Assembly: GCF_009914755.1 (NCBI RefSeq)
Contig: NC_060944.1
Length of the DNA: 64,000 bases
From: the human T2T-CHM13v2.0 reference genome, Homo sapiens
Reading direction: 5' to 3' (one strand)
The notes under the pieces are model-generated. The model was not told the origin of the DNA. It saw only the letters and a list, made by a program, of their open reading frames with translations, and searched no databases. Positions 40,543-52,499 of the stretch are shown piece by piece. Each line of letters starts with the position of its first letter. Positions within the stretch are counted from its first letter, which is position 1. Made by a program: the position numbers and the translations under genes.

Positions 40543-41100
40543 TTACCCAAAGCCCCCGTTGTTATGCGGTGCAACACTCAGCTCCCAGTGTGCCCTCAGG
40601 ACCGCGGGCCAGGCTCTCAGCCGTGCGCTGCTGGCATCTGGGACCGAGGGTCTTGGTGGGGGCTGCTCTGACTGTGGCAGCGTGGCAGCTTCCCCGGCCT
40701 CACCCATGGGATGGCGGTAGCATCCTCTCCCTATTATACGTTTAATTATAACAATTAAAAATATCTCCAGACACTGTCAAATGTCCCCCGGGGACAAACA
40801 TTGACTGGTGATCTGGCTTTTACAGGAAAAGGTTGCCCACGCTGGGTCATGACTGGAGTATTGGCTCAAACCAAGTAGCTTCAGGAAATTGAAAAAGGGG
40901 ATTGTGAGTGACTCAGGGAATTGATAAGTTAAACTATTTCCAATATACACTGGGTGCTATAAATTCATTATATGTATTAAACGCCAAGACCAGGAGTGCT
41001 CTGTAAGCCATCAGTGAGCTGCCAAGGTGGCGGGAGCCACATCTGGGAGCCCTCAGTCACATGTTCTGCTTGGGAAGTGCCTGGGGTTGAGGGGGCTGCA

Positions 41101-41172
41101 CACAGTAGGTGCTCAGGCACACAGTAGGCTCTCAGGCACACAGTAGGTGCTCAGGCATGTAGTAGATGCTCA
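41101..41172. repeat. 19-bp tandem repeat of a MIR/L2-end-like motif
   Basis: CACAGTAGGTGCTCAGGCA, ~3.7 copies. Confidence 0.8.
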
Positions 41173-41256
41173 TGCCAGGCCACTGAGACTCATAGGCCCT
41201 GTCATCAGCTGAGCATGTTTCTTAGACGAAAGACCTGGCCGCTCCCCCTGCCTCGC

Positions 41257-41605
41257 TTTTTTTTTTTTTTTTTTTTTTGAGATGAAGTCTCACTCTGTCA
41301 CTCAGGCTGGAGTGCGGTGGCACGATCTCTGCTCACTGCATCCTCCGCTTCCTGGGTTCAAGCAACTCTCCTGCCTCAGCCTCCTGAGTAGCTGGGACTG
41401 CAGGAGCATGCCACCAGCACGCCTGGCTAATTTTTTATATTTTTAGTAGAGACGTGGCTTCACAGTGTTAGCCAGGATGGTCTCGATCTCCTGACCTTGT
41501 GATCCGCCCGCCTCGGCCTCCCAGGGTGCTGGGATTACAGGCGTGAGCCACCGCGCCAGGACCCCAAGGTGCTGGGATTACAGGCGTGAGCCACTGCGCC
41601 TGGCC
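41257..41605 (-). mobile_element. AluSc/Y-like element with a duplicated 5' end
   Basis: GTGTTAGCCAGGATGGTCTCGATCTCC diagnostic; GTGCTGGGATTACAGGCGTGAGCCAC is present twice, 43 bp apart. Confidence 0.92.
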
Positions 41606-43132
41606 CCCAAGATGCTTTTACATTTCCACTGGACCCTTGCGGGAGGCGTTGGCTGGGCCGCCCTCCAGGACACTTTGTTCCCTCTGCTCAGGGCATTCTC
41701 AAGGCCTCAGCGACACTCGGGCCAGCCTTCCCTTCCCCAGGACACCTGCCCGTTCCCATCCCTGGATGTCCCAGGCCCCAGGAACCCCTGTGCCAGCCAT
41801 CCTGGCAGCCCACCTGCCCACCTGACACCCTCCCCACACCAGCCTGGGATCCACGGAAAGGCGCGGATGTGTCACCCTTGGGAGCCAAGGCTGCACTGAC
41901 ACCAGGGCCTGTTGTGACCTCAGTTTAAGGGCAGCAAAGCTGTGAGCCAGGTGAGGCTTCTTGGCCAGCTGGAGGCTCTCCTGGGACACGGTGGGGAGTT
42001 ATTGGGGAGGGCCCAGCATCCCCTTGAAATAGAGTGTTGGGACCTGAAGCAAGAGTCAAGGATACCGGCCGTCCTGGCTGATGGCCCTGAGGCTGGTCTG
42101 AGTGCTGCCCTGAGGGGCTGGATGATCCCTGCAGCCTCCTCCCCTCTCGGGGCCTCCGTTAGGAGAGGGCCAGGAAGGTCCTTCCAGCCTCGGCATCCGT
42201 GTCTGCCTGTGGACAGAGGCAGGCCTCGCCCCTGGCCCGCCTTCCTTGTAACCTTGACCCCACGAGAGACGCTGGGTCGGGGCGTTGGTGGATGGTGCCC
42301 TGCCCTGCATCGCCCCAGGGCGTTGGTGCCCTGCCCTGCATCACCAGCAGCAGCACTCTCCTTGATTAAGCAGCAAGGCAAGGTGGGTGCTGACTCGGAG
42401 TCACTCACAGACCGGAAGGCGAATTGCAGAGCCGCACCCTGTAATTTAGTCAAAATGAAAAGGGCAGGAAGGAAAGGTCAATACTGTTTTAAATTAGTCT
42501 AACTGCTCCTTTATGTAGAGGACACTGTTGCTCCAAAGGACTGGCGATTTAGCAGTTGGGGAGAAAAGGTCAAGCTTCTTGGTCCTAGGGCAGGTGATAA
42601 AAGCCAGTTAAATTTTTGGAAATCATACCTGCAGGTTGTCAATTCTGGCAAATTCTGTACAAATTAGTCTACTCAAAGGCTTGAAGAGAAGGCGTTGCAA
42701 ACCTCACTGGCAAGCCAGGTGGACTGGGGTGGGATCACCCATACAGGCATGGGGAGGGGAAGGCCTGGGGCTGGGGTGGGGGAGACGGTCAGGCCCTGGC
42801 CCGCTCCATCCAGTTTCCTGCAGACCGGATCCCAGGCCCTCCTCACAGAGCACCCCACAGAAGGGCTGCCCCGCAGGGAGGCGCTGCAGAGGGCACCCCA
42901 GGTGTCCCCTTGCACTTGGGGTGTGCAAATCTGATCCTTGTCTGCATGAGCGGACAGAGACGGTGCCGGAACGACCCTGTTCAATGTGTAGCACCAACTC
43001 CCGGCCACCCACACCAGACACCCTCACCCCCAGTCTGGGGTTTCTGGAGAAGGGGACCAGGGGCGGCTCCCTTCTCCCCGCAGGCTTGCAGGGCCGCTCC
43101 TGACCTGTGCTGCAGCTCCTGGCTCCTGTGGG

Positions 43133-43274
43133 GCCCAGGTTCCCGGGGCTGCGTGGGAGACACAGAAGTGGGGGCACCTCCGCAGCACCCACATCCTGCC
43201 GATGCCCAGGTTCCCGGGGCTGCGTGGGAGACACAGAAGTGGGGGCACCTCCGCAGCACCCACATCCTGCCGAC
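43133..43274. repeat. 72-bp tandem duplication
   Basis: GCCCAGGTTCCCGGGGCTGCGTGGGAGACACAGAAGTGGGGGCACCTCCGCAGCACCCACATCCTGCCGA occurs twice. Confidence 0.93.
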
Positions 43275-45219
43275 GCCATGCACGTGAGTGTGCATGTGGG
43301 GCGGGGGTGCGCCAGGAAGGCAAAAATCCCAAATGTCAGCGCCCGGTGATTTGAGGAGTTCAGACAAAGCCTTCCCTGGGGCTGTCCTCGGCCCACTTCC
43401 CCATCATCCCAATGTCCCTGCAGCCCTTGAAATGGCTCGGATGTGGGGCAGGAGGGCTGGGCGGATGCTGATCTGAGGCCGAGGTTGATGGATTCCGGCT
43501 CCCCCAGTGCCGATCCGGCTGCTGCCCCACGTGGGGCTTTGAGGCTGCGGCAACAGAGCCGGTGGGACACGCTCCTGATGCCAGACCCAGGGGTAAGAGC
43601 TGCCCCTGCTCCACGGTCTGCGCCACGATGGCTGCCAGAGCGAAAATGGGAGGGAGAGAAGCGCTGTCAGGGCCTCCCAGGGAGGGTGTGTGGCGTGTGG
43701 CTTGCTAAGCACCCTCCTTTCTGATCCCGCCCTGAGCAGCTCCCTGGGACTTTTGTTGGTCAAAGCTTCAGCTGTGGTCAGAGGATCCAACGCTGCCGTC
43801 AACAGGCAGCTGCTGCCGTATGGCTGCAGACGTGGTTTCTGGAACAGACGGGCCCAGCCCTGCAAGGTGGGCTGGCTCTTTGGCTCTCGAGAGCACCACG
43901 GCACAGTGCTGATCTGGGTCCACACGGCCCAGCCACCCGGTCAGCTCGCCTGGTTCTTACATTTCCACTCCACAAACAGAACCCAGACCCAGATCTGCTT
44001 CCTCCGCCTCCCGCCCTCCTCGCCCCGCACCGTTTCTTGTCCCACAGAAGCTGTCATGGGTGCTGTGTACCCCATAGGGCGGGAGAGAAAGGTGTGTCCA
44101 GGAGCAATCTCGGGAAACAGGGGGCAGAGGATGCGGTGCAGAGCCGAGCTCCGGAGCCACCTTCCTGACCGCCAGAGCCTGACTGCATCCGTATGGCATG
44201 AGGTCGGTATCTAGGAGGCCATACTCTTTACCTAACATCCAGGACACAGGAAAAGGACGGAAACAGAAAAAAATACATAAATAAATTCAAGATGTCTGGC
44301 CGGGACCATCACGCAGAGGCTTCTCTAGGAAACAAGCCACACTCAGTGTGGCAGCAGTGAAGTGCTTTTCTCAGCTTCCTGCTTTCCTCCAGAGAGTAAA
44401 CCAGTGCCTGACCGTCCGGTTCTCCCTGAATCAACACTCACCGAAAGGAGCTGGTGGAGGGGCCCGTGGGCGACAAACAGCCACAAACCAGACCCCGGGG
44501 TCTCCGGAGCTGGGGGCTCTGGGTGGCCCAGGGGTCGTTAATGGGCACGGTTTCCAGTCCAGTCCAGGCCAGCTGTGGTGGGGCTCAGACCCGTCCAGAC
44601 ACTGGGAGCCAGTCACCCCCAGAATAACGAGCTGGGCCTCGAGTTCCAAGTCATCTTTGAGCAGCCGTGTGTCAGCACCGCTGTCCCTGACCACCCCGTG
44701 CCGGTCTGCCTCCGTCTCCTCCTTCTCGCTGTACCCCAGGTCGGGAGCTAAAGGGCAATTCAGAGCCTGCTGCCTGCAGGCAAAACGTCTCCCCAGCACC
44801 GCAAGTCTGCGCAATTTGAGGCCCAGAAACCCCCTGGACGTAGCTTCTGCTTTTCAAAAACTGTTCATTCGTTTAGCCCCAGGGGACCTCATCCCTGTAT
44901 GTCCACACTGGGCATCCCAAGGAAGCTGGGGGGGAACCGCACCTGCATCCCTCCAACTCAGAAACCCCCTTCTGCACCGGCAGCTCCGGGCCCGCACTAA
45001 GTGTGCAGCGTGGCCATCCTGCGGCTGAGACACAGGGTGTCCGGCAGCGTTTGGATGGATTCTACAATATTTGGGACAGACTTACACTAAAAAATCAGTC
45101 ACTGCTTCTCCAAACTTCCTGTTGAGCTGGGCACCCTGTGTTTTTGTTTGCTGCGTTTTTGTTTGTTGTATCTGGGTACCCTAAGAATGATCCCAAATTA
45201 CAAAGTCAGGCCCTGCAGA

Positions 45220-45712
45220 CTCATGGGAGGCAGAATGGGGGCCCCTAAACATGCCCACCTCCCGGTGCACGGAAACTGTGGACACATGAGGCTGCCAGTC
45301 AGCCGCCTGACACGGAGGGGTGACCCTGGATTATCCGGGGGGACCCAGTAGAATCTCGGGCCCTTCAACATAGAGGCGGAGGGCAGAGCAGGTCTCAGTG
45401 ACGAGACACCACTGGCTCTGAAGACGGAGGATGGGACTGAGGGCCGAGGGGTTCTCCCCTGGAGCCTCTAGAAGGAACCAGCCCTCCCAAGACCTGATGT
45501 TAGCCCAGGGAGACCATTTCAGACGTCTAACCTGCAGAAATGGAAAGTGTAAGTGTTCTTTTTTAAAAAATTGTCATGAGTACATACAGGGTGTTGCTAT
45601 TTATGGGGTCCATGAGATATTTTGATACAGGCATCCAATGTGTAATAATCACAACAGGGGAAACGGGGTGAAGCCGCTGTGTTTGTGATAATTTTTTAGA
45701 GCAGCCATAAAA
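45220..45712 (+). mobile_element. MLT1D/E-like LTR with a small L1-like insert (~45560-45670)
   Basis: GGAGGCAGAAT...CTGGATTATCC...CTCTAGAAGGAACCAGCCCT...TTAGCCCAG...AGCAGCCATA. Confidence 0.7.
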
Positions 45713-48078
45713 ATATATGTAAATAGGACCTAGTTAGATAACATATATTTTTGGCTTCTGCTCTGTAGAAACTCACACATGATTTGGGGAGTTGTGAAGG
45801 CCTGATTTGATTTTGTTTGTTTGTTTGCTTGCTTGCTTGCTTTTGAGCCTGGTGTGCCGGGCGGGCAGGTGTTTCATTGAACCTGGCCCCTTGCTTGTTC
45901 AAGTGTTGAGTGAGGGCAGTCTCCAGGTTCCGGGAGCTTCCGAGTGAGCCTCACGCCTCACGGCTGCAGGTCAGAAAGTGATTTGTGGCCCAGAGACCCC
46001 CGGACGTAGCTTCTGCTTTTCAGAATCTGTTCATTCATTTAGCCCCAGGGGACCTCATCCCTGAATGTCCACACCGGGCATCAGACCTGGTTGCAGAGTG
46101 GGTGGTTCCAGGAGGCAGCAGTGTAGACCAGTGAAGGAGCAGCCAGGGCCTGAGTGAAGCTGGGGCAGCAGAAGCAGCTTTCGATATTTTTTTTCTGCTG
46201 AGTCTTGCCAGCTTTTAGTTTAGAAGTTCCTTCCTGGGGAAGAAAGCGGCCGCTTAAATGGCATAAAAAATAATGCACCAGGCAGGGGACCCTTGAGACC
46301 CTGGGGCTGGGCTCTGGCTGGGGGCCTCACACGGAGGAGGAGGGATGAGACTCTCAAGGAGGCCAAGGTCCCAGGTCCTGGGCTATCGGAGGCTCCTTGG
46401 GGCCTCTGCCTTCCCCAGGAGCAAGCAAGGAAGGAATGTACAGCAGCAGGGCGTGGGCACAGGGCAGCCCCAGGAACAATGGGGATAGTCACGTGGCCCC
46501 AGCCTCCACCTCGCTGGCACTCCTCTTGTCCCAGGACAAGCCCAGCCTGCTGCCCGCTGCCTGCTTCTCCTGCATTGGAGGGCTCCAGGCCCAGAATAGC
46601 TGCTCGGAGCCAGCATTTGCATCCACGTCTCCTCCACACGTTAGAAAACCTGGACTTTGTTTTGTAACTGCTGGTTCCGCTCAGCAAATAGAATTGTACC
46701 TAACTGTGGAGGGGCCCTACACAGTGGCCCGGCCCGGGAGACCCACGAGGGCCTCAGGAGCATGGCTTCTCCCGTCTGCCTCCTGGTTTCTGTCTCTGAC
46801 CATGTATCTCCAAGCCAGTCAGTCCTGAGTGGCCACAGTGGGGATGGGGCTGCACCAGGGGCCTGCCCTGCTGTGCTGGCCTCTGCCAGGGCTGGGCCCT
46901 GCCTGTGAAGGAGCCCTGGGTTGGGCTCTTTTGTGCCCACTCTCAGGTGGGGTTGCGGGAGGCCTGCTTGGCCCCATGGGGATCAGTGTGATGAGCATGA
47001 CTGGAGGATGTGCGGGCTTAGGATGAGCAGAGGGACCCTACAGAGCCACGACCCCAGGCCCAGGGCCCCTGTTGGCCCCAAAGCGAGTGTGGTGGCCGTC
47101 GTTGGGACCCCGACAGGGGGTGGCACTGGCGTGAGGTCTGACACTTGCCAAATTCCTGCGAGCTGACCCCTCGATGGGGCTTGCACTCTAATTCTGCCCC
47201 AGGGAACCCCAAGGTCAGGATTAGCATCCCCCCTGCTTAAGGGACAGCTGAGGCCAGGGTGGGGCTGGGGTGGAATGGCGGGCTGCATGCAGGAAGCCCA
47301 TGGAGCCCAGATCTGCTCCAGGTCACAACCCTGTACCTGGCTTGGGGTCCACACTCCCCAGACACAGATGGTGGCATGTTCCCCTCGGACTGTCCACCTG
47401 TTGTTCGGCCAAGCCCTGACCCTCACAGCAGGCTGCTGAGTTCAAGGATGCCCCTGGGCAGCCAGGCTGGGACCCTTGCCCACTCCCTGGACGCACATCC
47501 GCCCGCCGCTGGGTTCACAGGGGAGGGATTAGAAACCTCTCAACGGAACGTCGACGAGGCGAGTGGGGTGGGGATGGGGGTGGGAAGGGGACAGGCCCTC
47601 CCCCACACGTGGGGAGATGCATGGCTGTGAGGTGCTGCCTCCGCCTCTGAGGCTGGCGATAGGCTGGATTCAGACACAGCTCGAGCCGCTCACCCTCCAC
47701 GTCCTGCTTAGGAGGAGTGCGGGGCCGGCTAAATCCCCAATGCCCAGGGCCCAGGGGCATCCCATCCATAGCCTCAAGGTCCCTGGCTTCCCCTGGGGAT
47801 GGGGCTGTCGCACCTGTGTCCTCCCAGTTCCGAGGTACCATTGATACACACACAGGGGTCCCTGGGGGAGTTTCCTAACTCCTCTTCCTCTGAAGACCAG
47901 GCCTGGGAGAATGAATTCTCCAAGCACCCACCCTCACTGTACCACGGCAGGTTAGAGAATGCGGACAGAGCTGCTTGGCTGCACACCTTGGGGGGGCGTC
48001 ACCCTCTTTTTAGCCTCAGTTTCCCCATCTGTGCAGTGGGTACCAGAGAGGACTTTACACAGAGGCTGTGCATTCCCT

Positions 48079-48381
<303 letters not shown>

Positions 48382-48624
48382 GAGGCTGTGCATTCCCTAA
48401 CAGAGGGGGACGTCTGGCTGCCCCCACAAAACAGCAGCTCTGAGCATGTCTAAGGTCAGCCCCTCCCTGCTTTCCTTTTCTCCCTGATCAAATTCATGTG
48501 GCTTCCACTCAGCCCCTTCTTCCGGCTCTTACTTAGGAATGCAGATCTACCCCAAACCCCAACACACACTGGAACCCTCAAGGTCCCATCCTACTGAAAG
48601 CCAGGTAGCCGGTGCAGTGAGCAA

Positions 48625-49170
48625 TGGACAGATGGATGGATGATGGATGGTGGATGGATGATGGGTAGATGGAGGAATGCATGATGGATGAATGAATGAA
48701 TAGATTAATGGATGAATTGAGTAGATAGATGAATTGATGGATGGATGATGGATGGATAAATGAATGGATGATGGATGAATAGATTAATAGATGAATGAAT
48801 GAGTGGATGGATGGATAGATGGGTGAATGCATGGATGGATCATGGATGATGGATGGATGACAGATGCATGGAAGGATAGATGAATGAAAGAATGGGTGAA
48901 TGGATTAATAGATGAATGAATGAGTGGGTGGATGGATAGATGGGTGAATGCATGGATGGAACATGGATGATGGATGGATGACAGATGCATGGAAGGATAG
49001 ATGAATGAAAGAATGGGTGAATGGATTAATAGATGAATGAATGAGTGGGTGGATGGATAGATGGGTGAATGCATGGATGGATCATGGATGATGGATGGAT
49101 GACAGATGCATGGAAGGATAGATGAATGAATGAATGGGTGAATGAATTAATGGATGGATGAATGGATGAC
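48625..49170. repeat. (GGAT/GAAT)n simple repeat with a 121-bp higher-order triplication
   Basis: GATTAATAGATGAATGAATGAGTGG starts at 48782, 48903 and 49024. Confidence 0.92.
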
Positions 49171-51605
49171 AGGCTCTCCATGAGCCGCTCTGCTCTCCTC
49201 CATGGCCTCCTGCTCACTGGCCCCTATATCTCACATCCTACTTCCAGTTTAATGGAGACAAGAGTGTCCTCCCCAACCCAAGTTCTCACCCCCATCCCTT
49301 CCTCCCTCAGACCCACCTGGAAGAGCTGCTTCTCTTCTCTTGTAGAAGTCTCCCATCCCAAGGAGGTGCCTGGTCTTTCCCCTCAGGAAGGCACCTGGTC
49401 CTTCTCCCTCCCTTCCCTCCTGGGAGACATCTGGCCCTTCACCTCCCCCTGCCCCTTCACCTCCTATCAAGGCAGCTCCCTCAGTATTTTCTGCAGACCT
49501 TGTTTGTCTCCTGTGACATTCATACCCTCCCGTTCCCACAGACATTCTTCCATGTCCAGCCCAGACAGAAGGAGGTCCCCCCCTGCCGGATGGATGATTG
49601 AGGCTGCCTGTGTGTACACGTATGACTGAGCAATGGACGGAGGTGTCTGTGTGCAGCAGGCATGTGGCACGACCTCGGAAGAGGGAACAAGACAAGATGT
49701 CCCCCAAGGTGCCCATGAGGACCCTCCCTGGGCAGCTGGACTCCAGCCCACCTTGGGCTGCAGTGTGCATTGGGGGTGGGGCCAAAGACCCCTCCACATA
49801 GAGAAGGCAGCCAAAGGGAGGAGGGAGTGGTCAGAAAAGGTTGTCTCAGCCAGGGAGCGGCTCCACCCTCTCCTGAGGACGCCTGACCTCAGACGTCAGC
49901 TCCCGTTAGAGACCCCCGTATACCCCCTGCCTAGAGCCAAACTCTGAGAGTCTCTGGATGGACTGAGGGGTGGGACAAGGAAAAAAAGGAAGGAGGGAGG
50001 GAGAGAAGCAGCAAGGAGGGGTCGCCTGGCCCGGCTCCCCCAGTGAGGAAAGGGGCTGTGGCACAGAGATTCCATCTGCAGGGCTGGGGGCAGCCGAGAA
50101 TGGCACCTCCAACGCCCACGGCAGGGGCCCACCCGCCTGCCTCCTCCGGGACCACCGGGCCTGGCTCCTCTCACAGACTCTTTGAGAGCGTATTTGTGAA
50201 ACGTAGCATATTGTGGGTGATTAGATTTAAATTTCAATACACTTTGTTAAAAATAGAGTTGGCTCTCGCCAAGAGGAGGCCGCAGGAAGGGGCTCTCAAC
50301 GGCTCGTCTTTGGAATATTAATAGCATGGAAATGTTATTAGAATAATTTTTCATCATGAATAATAAATTAATGGAATAATTCGGCAGCGCCACGTGACAT
50401 ACCCTGCTAAGAGGGGCTTTGTTTTAACAGAATGGGGAGGGTGGGTTTGGGGTGTGGGGGAGGGCAGAGCTGGGGGAGGGTCCGCCCAGGGCAGGCGGGG
50501 TTGGGTGGAAGTGAGTGAGGTGCCTGAAGAGATGAAGGCTCCGGAGGCATTTGGGGAGGAGGACAGAGACCTGGGACCAAATCCTCAGGCACTTTTAGCT
50601 TCATGTCTCAGCCAGGGTTCTGGCCCTGGCCGGCTCCTTCCCACAGAAAAGCTGGGAAGAGATCTTGGTAGGTGTCCGGCCCCACACACCATCCTGCTGG
50701 GGGTGGCTGGGTTGGACTTCACCATCCCCACAGCCCTGCAGCCTCCCCTCCTGCATCTTTCTCCTTGGTAAATGCCAGGAACCTCAAAAGCACCCAGAGG
50801 CCCAGAGAAATTGAGCACACAGGGGTGGGGAATTCAAGAGCAGGAGCTGTTTCTAGGGCCCCAGGGGCAGGGCCAGGGTCTCCTGGTCATTTCTGTGCTC
50901 GGGACCCCTGCTGCACCTGAGCTCACTGTGGAAACTGCCTGAGGGGGCCACACGGAGCTGATGGGGACAAGCATGCAGGGTGGGCACCCTTGTGGGCTCA
51001 GCTTGGTCCAGGGTGTCCACTGGGGGACGGGGAGGGAGATGGAGCACCAGGGAAGCAGCGTCTCTTCATGTGGTCAGCGCCCCCTCCTTCTCCCCACTCC
51101 CTCCTTTTGCCTCCCTTCCTGCTGCTGCCTGCACGGTGAGAACAGAGATGAGATGGCCCCTGCCCGGGAGCAGTCAGCGGCACGACAACCCTCCCAGGCC
51201 AACCCAGCTCCTGACAGAGAGGGAGGGAGGCAGCCCGGGGCTGGGGGCCCTGGCAGCAGTGGCACACGGAGTGTGCACATGGATCCTAGTCAGCCTTTTG
51301 CAGGGCGCTGAAGCCAGTGGGGGCCCCCAGGGAGGTTTTGGGGGAGTGTTGAGGGGGCCTGAAGGGTTCCGCTCCTCCCACCCAGGGAACCGCCATGCCA
51401 CTAGTGGGCTGTCCTGGAGACTCGGGGAGAAAGCACACAGGCTGTCGGGAAAGGTGGGTCGCAGGCGGGCAGGGCAGCCCTGCTGTACTGATGGGCAGGC
51501 GCTGGGTGGGTGGAAGGCAAAGCCATCAGGTCATCCCCCTCTCTGTCCCTGCATTGGGCCAACCAGGTGTGTCAGGAGGATATTTGACCATTCCTGAGAG
51601 GCACA

Positions 51606-52381
51606 TTCTCTCTCTCTCCCTCTCTCTCTCTCCCTCTCTCTCTCTCCCTCTCTCTCTCCCTCTCTCCCTCTCTCTCCCTCTCTCTCCCTCTCTCTCCCTC
51701 TCCCTCTCTCTCTCCCTCTCCCTCTCTCCCCCCTCCCTCTCCCTCCCTCTCCCCCTCTCTCTCTCCCTCTCTCTCTCTCCCTCTCTCTCCCCCTCTCTCT
51801 CCCTCTCTCTCCCTCTCTCTCTCCCTCTCTCTCTCTCTCTCCCTCTCTCTCTCTCTCTCCCCCCTCTCTCCCTCTCTCTCTCCCTCTCTCTCCCCCCCTC
51901 TCTCCCTCTCCCCCTCCCTCTCTCTCTCTCTCCCTCTCTCTCCCTCTCTCTCTCCCTCTCTCCCCCTCCCTCTCTCTCCCTCTCTCTCTCCCTCTCTCTC
52001 CCTCTCTCTCTCCCTCTCCCCCTCCCTCTCTCTCTCTCTCCCTCTCTCTCCCTCTCTCTCTCCCTCCCCCTCCCTCTCTCTCTCTCTCCCTCTCTCTCCC
52101 TCTCTCTCTCCCTCTCCCCCTCCCTCTCTCTCTCCCTCTCTCTCTCCCTCTCTCCCCCCTCTCTCCCTCCCTCTCCCTCTCGCTCTCTCCCCCTCCCTCT
52201 CTCTCTCTCTCCCTCTCTCTCCCTCTCTCTCTCCCTCTCTCTCCCTCTCTCTCTCCCTCTCTCTCCCTCTCTCTCCCTCTCCCTCTCTCCCCCTCCCTCT
52301 CTCTCCCTCTCTCTCTCCCTCTCCCCCTCCCTCTCTCTCTCTCTCCCTCTCTCTCCCCCTCTCTCTCCCTCCTCTCTCTCT
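51606..52381. repeat. 776-bp (CT/CCT)-rich polypyrimidine tract
   Basis: Only C and T except one G near 52182. Confidence 0.97.
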
Positions 52382-52499
52382 GTCACACACATTTGCACAT
52401 CCTGCAGTGTGAATGGAGTATGAATGTGTGTGGTAGGCGACAGCTGTGTGTGTACGTCCGGGTGCGTGTGTGCGTGTGTACATGTGAGCGTGTGTGCAC

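Noticed and set aside
51742-51754. Match to the PRDM9 motif CCNCCNTNNCCNC near HAR1
   Set aside because: Expected by chance in a C/T-only tract; not evidence of a recombination hotspot.
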